IMG/VR virus record: IMGVR_UViG_3300045988_038517
Span: 1 to 38,470 of that record
Strand: one strand, 5' to 3'
DNA: 38,470 bases
Source: a virus
Below the pieces are notes generated by a model, which worked only from the letters and a program-made list of their open reading frames with translations, made no database searches and was not told the origin of the DNA. This document shows, piece by piece, positions 36,800 to 38,470 of this stretch. Position numbers and translations under genes: made by a program. The number at the start of each line of letters is the position of its first letter. The stretch's first letter is position 1.

Positions 36800-36841
36800 G
36801 CTTTTACCTCCTTTCAATTTGCGGGATAACTTCCCGATGCT

Positions 36842-36847
36842 ATTATA
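36842..36847 (-). promoter_or_regulatory. -10 element (TGaTATAAT, extended -10-like) for the RHH gene
   Basis: Minus strand ..ggtgTGATATAATagc.., about 45 nt upstream of the ATG. The -35 is weak. Confidence 0.4.
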
Positions 36848-36862
36848 TCACACCTTCTACAC

Positions 36863-36937
36863 TGTTTACACCATAAAATTAAACAAAATTATGCGGTAAA
36901 CATTATACAATGTGACAATTTACATATGCTGTAAACC
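36863..36937. promoter_or_regulatory. Operator-like TGTAAAC / GTTTACA half-sites in the divergent RHH-antirepressor control region
   Basis: TGTTTACA at 36863-36870, GTAAACA at 36896-36902, TTTACA at 36919-36924 and TGTAAAC at 36930-36936. The last pair forms TTTACA-5-TGTAAA across the -35 of the plus promoter. Confidence 0.45.
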
Positions 36938-36947
36938 GTATTATAAT
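36919..36947 (+). promoter_or_regulatory. Sigma70-type promoter TTTACA-17-TATAAT for the antirepressor operon
   Basis: 5/6 match at -35, 17-nt spacer and a perfect -10. A ~160-nt leader contains a 13-bp imperfect inverted repeat AATCCGCAAGCTG/CAGCTTACGGATT. Confidence 0.6.
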
Positions 36948-37105
36948 AGATGCATTGAAGCGAGGTGAACAAAAAAAGAAAATCCGCAAGCTGTCTGCAT
37001 CCAAACTTTCAGCTTACGGATTCCAACCATCAGAGGTTACTCTTTGGTAAAGCTATTATACCAAAGTCGGCGACCTCTTACAAGAGAATAAGAGGTATTT
37101 TAGCA

Positions 37106-37390
37106 ATGAACACACCAAAAATCACGAAAGCGGAGCTTGAACTGGATGCTGTTTCTGGTGAACTTCGAGTAATGCACGACCTACTGAACATCTTTGCAAA
37201 CTGGTTTGAGGAGACCCACAAGACCGATATGATCAAGCGGGAGCGCACCAGCGAGCTTGTGAGCCAGATTTGGAGAGAAGCCCCGATGTACAACTCTTTG
37301 ATTACGGCTTTGTTTGCATCCATCACCGGTCTGGAAAAGGAAGTCGATGCAGTTCTGGACGCAGAGATTGCACAAGGGGTGAGCGCATGA
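37106..37390 (+). CDS. Hypothetical protein, first gene of the antirepressor operon
   Basis: 94 aa starting at MNTPKITKAELELDAV. AAGAGG lies 10 nt upstream. The stop overlaps the next ATG (ATGA). Confidence 0.5.
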   Translation: MNTPKITKAELELDAVSGELRVMHDLLNIFANWFEETHKTDMIKRERTSELVSQIWREAPMYNSLITALFASITGLEKEVDAVLDAEIAQGVSA

Positions 37391-38193
37391 ACGATTTGCA
37401 GATTTTTAACAGCCCTGACTTTGGTAGCATCCGCACACTGGTTGAGAATAACGGCAAGGTGCTTTTCTGTGCCGCAGATGTAGCAAAAGCGCTTGGTTAC
37501 GCAAAACCTCAGAACGCAATCGCCACTCACTGCAAGGGTGCCCTGAAACGGGGCATCCTTACCAATGGCGGTGAGCAGGAGATGAATTTTATCCCGGAGG
37601 GCGATGTAATCCGCCTTATCACCCACAGCAAGCTCCCTAATGCCGAAAAGTTTGAGAGTTGGGCATTTGATGAAGTGCTCCCGCAGGTGTTGCGCACTGG
37701 CAACTACTCTGTCAAGCCCGAAACTCCTGAACTCACCCTCTCCAAAGCACTTGTCATGGCACAGGGCATCATTGCAAGGGAACAGGAGCGCTCCAAACAG
37801 CTTGAAAAGGAAAACGCCAAGCTCAAGCCCGCTGCCGAGTACGCCCACAATATGCTTTTGAGCGATGAAACGCTTACTGTGACGCAGATTGCGTTAAACT
37901 TTGGCATGACCGCCAACAAACTCAATAAGTTACTGGAAGAATGGGGAATCCAGAAGAAGGTCAACAAGCAGTGGATACCCAAGCGCAAGTACATCGACAA
38001 GGGTTATACAGTGAGTATTCCTGTTGAGGTGGGCAACGGTGAGACCAAAGAGAACACCCGCTGGAGCCGCACCGGACAGGCGTTTATCTACAAGCAGATG
38101 CACGACCACGGATATTTGACCGTGAAGGAACAGGCAGAGTCGAAAGCGAAGGAACGCAAGGTGATTCCCGCCCCTGCTGAGCAGTCCGCGTAA
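37387..38193 (+). CDS. Antirepressor, Bro-N domain plus KilAC/ANT-type C-terminal domain
   Basis: 268 aa. N-terminal LQIFNSPDFGSIRTLVENNGKVLFCAADVAKALGY..P.NAI..HCK is the Bro-N signature. The C-terminal ..TVTQIALNFGMTANKLNKLLEEWGIQKK is an ANT/KilAC-like HTH. Confidence 0.85.
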   Translation: MNDLQIFNSPDFGSIRTLVENNGKVLFCAADVAKALGYAKPQNAIATHCKGALKRGILTNGGEQEMNFIPEGDVIRLITHSKLPNAEKFESWAFDEVLPQVLRTGNYSVKPETPELTLSKALVMAQGIIAREQERSKQLEKENAKLKPAAEYAHNMLLSDETLTVTQIALNFGMTANKLNKLLEEWGIQKKVNKQWIPKRKYIDKGYTVSIPVEVGNGETKENTRWSRTGQAFIYKQMHDHGYLTVKEQAESKAKERKVIPAPAEQSA

Positions 38194-38202
38194 ACAAAAA
38201 TA

Positions 38203-38235
38203 CCCCCGGTGTCCACAGTGGACACCGGGGGTTTT
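38203..38235. terminator. Bidirectional intrinsic terminator
   Basis: 13-bp perfect stem CCCCCGGTGTCCA/TGGACACCGGGGG with loop CAG. TTTTC follows on the plus strand and TATTTTTGTTT on the minus strand. It closes both the antirepressor operon and, across the circular junction, the late operon. Confidence 0.8.
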
Positions 38236-38351
38236 CAAATATCCACCCTAATGCGCTTCTTTGAGAGGCCGAGCGGATTTCGTTAGTTTAATTTTATCAC
38301 ACATCCAGCATTTTATCAATAATTTTTAGCCTATTGCCGATTGATGTCCGG

Positions 38352-38470
38352 CAATACGGCACACGCGCTGCAATATCAACTTGGCATAGCTGGTCAACGT
38401 ACCGCAACCGGGCGATTTTCCGGTCATACCTCCCAAGCGGCGCACGTTTTATCACAGCTTTTATCTGTTC
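38352..38470. repeat. Terminal overlap, copy 2 (identical to 1-119)
   Basis: Exact 119-bp match to the window start. This fits circular-assembly overlap or terminal redundancy. Confidence 0.95.

Larger units (their letters stand above)
1..38470. mobile_element. Complete temperate siphovirus-like phage genome (circular assembly, unit length 38351 bp)
   Basis: Contains a full set of packaging, head, tail, lysis, lysogeny (integrase, attP, repressors), recombination and replication genes. The window closes on itself through an exact 119-bp end overlap. The Gram-positive, Clostridia-like host call rests on GGAGG RBSs and gene content and is inference. Confidence 0.85.

Noticed and set aside
37078-37848. 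256-aa minus-strand ORF
   Set aside because: It runs antisense to the well-supported Bro-N/KilAC antirepressor operon. No RBS and no domains.

Overview
The window is a complete temperate siphovirus-like phage genome assembled as a circle. Bases 1-119 recur exactly at 38352-38470, giving a unit length of 38351 bp. GGAGG-type RBSs, a GH25 lysin, an LL-H-like holin and a RinA/ArpU-like activator suggest a fairly GC-rich Gram-positive, Clostridia-like host; the host call is inference.

Minus strand, in transcription order:
- Early operon (27680 -> 19733): cro-like HTH, Rha antirepressor, small unknowns, RecT, SSB, a replication organizer with an embedded ori-like repeat field, RusA, and a sigma-r4-like late activator.
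- A cluster of tRNA and tRNA-like genes (19562 -> 18882).
- Late operon (18850 -> 124): a fused TerS-TerL terminase, SPP1-type portal, Mu-F-like protein, tRNA-Met, scaffold, HK97-fold capsid, neck proteins, major tail, chaperone G/GT with a canonical -1 slippery site, tape measure, distal tail proteins, a mosaic tail fiber carrying a CE4 deacetylase domain, GH25 endolysin and holin.

Plus strand:
- A lysogeny block (28275 -> 32727): cI-like XRE, small membrane and SHOCT cargo genes, a second XRE coupled to a tyrosine integrase, then an attP core that is the 3' part of tRNA-Gly(CCC).
- A Bro-N/KilAC antirepressor operon (37106 -> 38193) divergent from an RHH gene, an arrangement like P22 immI.

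Most worth a second look:
1. The 594-bp cI/cro intergenic region has three near-consensus promoters, a ~500-nt untranslated early leader and a candidate ~300-nt terminated antisense RNA.
2. The tRNA cluster has only tRNA-Trp in canonical form. A tRNA-Lys(UUU)-like gene carries A33 and a 68-nt insertion, and a 102-nt CCA-ending tRNA-like RNA has no normal anticodon arm.
3. An 8-gene att-proximal cargo cassette (32929-36395) downstream of a separately terminated RHH gene (36533-36799) encodes a Cys/His peptidase-like protein, Q/N-rich and Gly/Trp-rich membrane proteins and a jelly-roll-like protein, all of unknown function.
4. The canonical SSB C-terminal tip (DDDDFPF-stop) lies in the -1 frame.
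5. The terminase small- and large-subunit modules are fused.
6. The distal 2 kb of the tail fiber gene is AT-rich and looks horizontally acquired.

All family calls come from reading the translations by eye. No database search was run.
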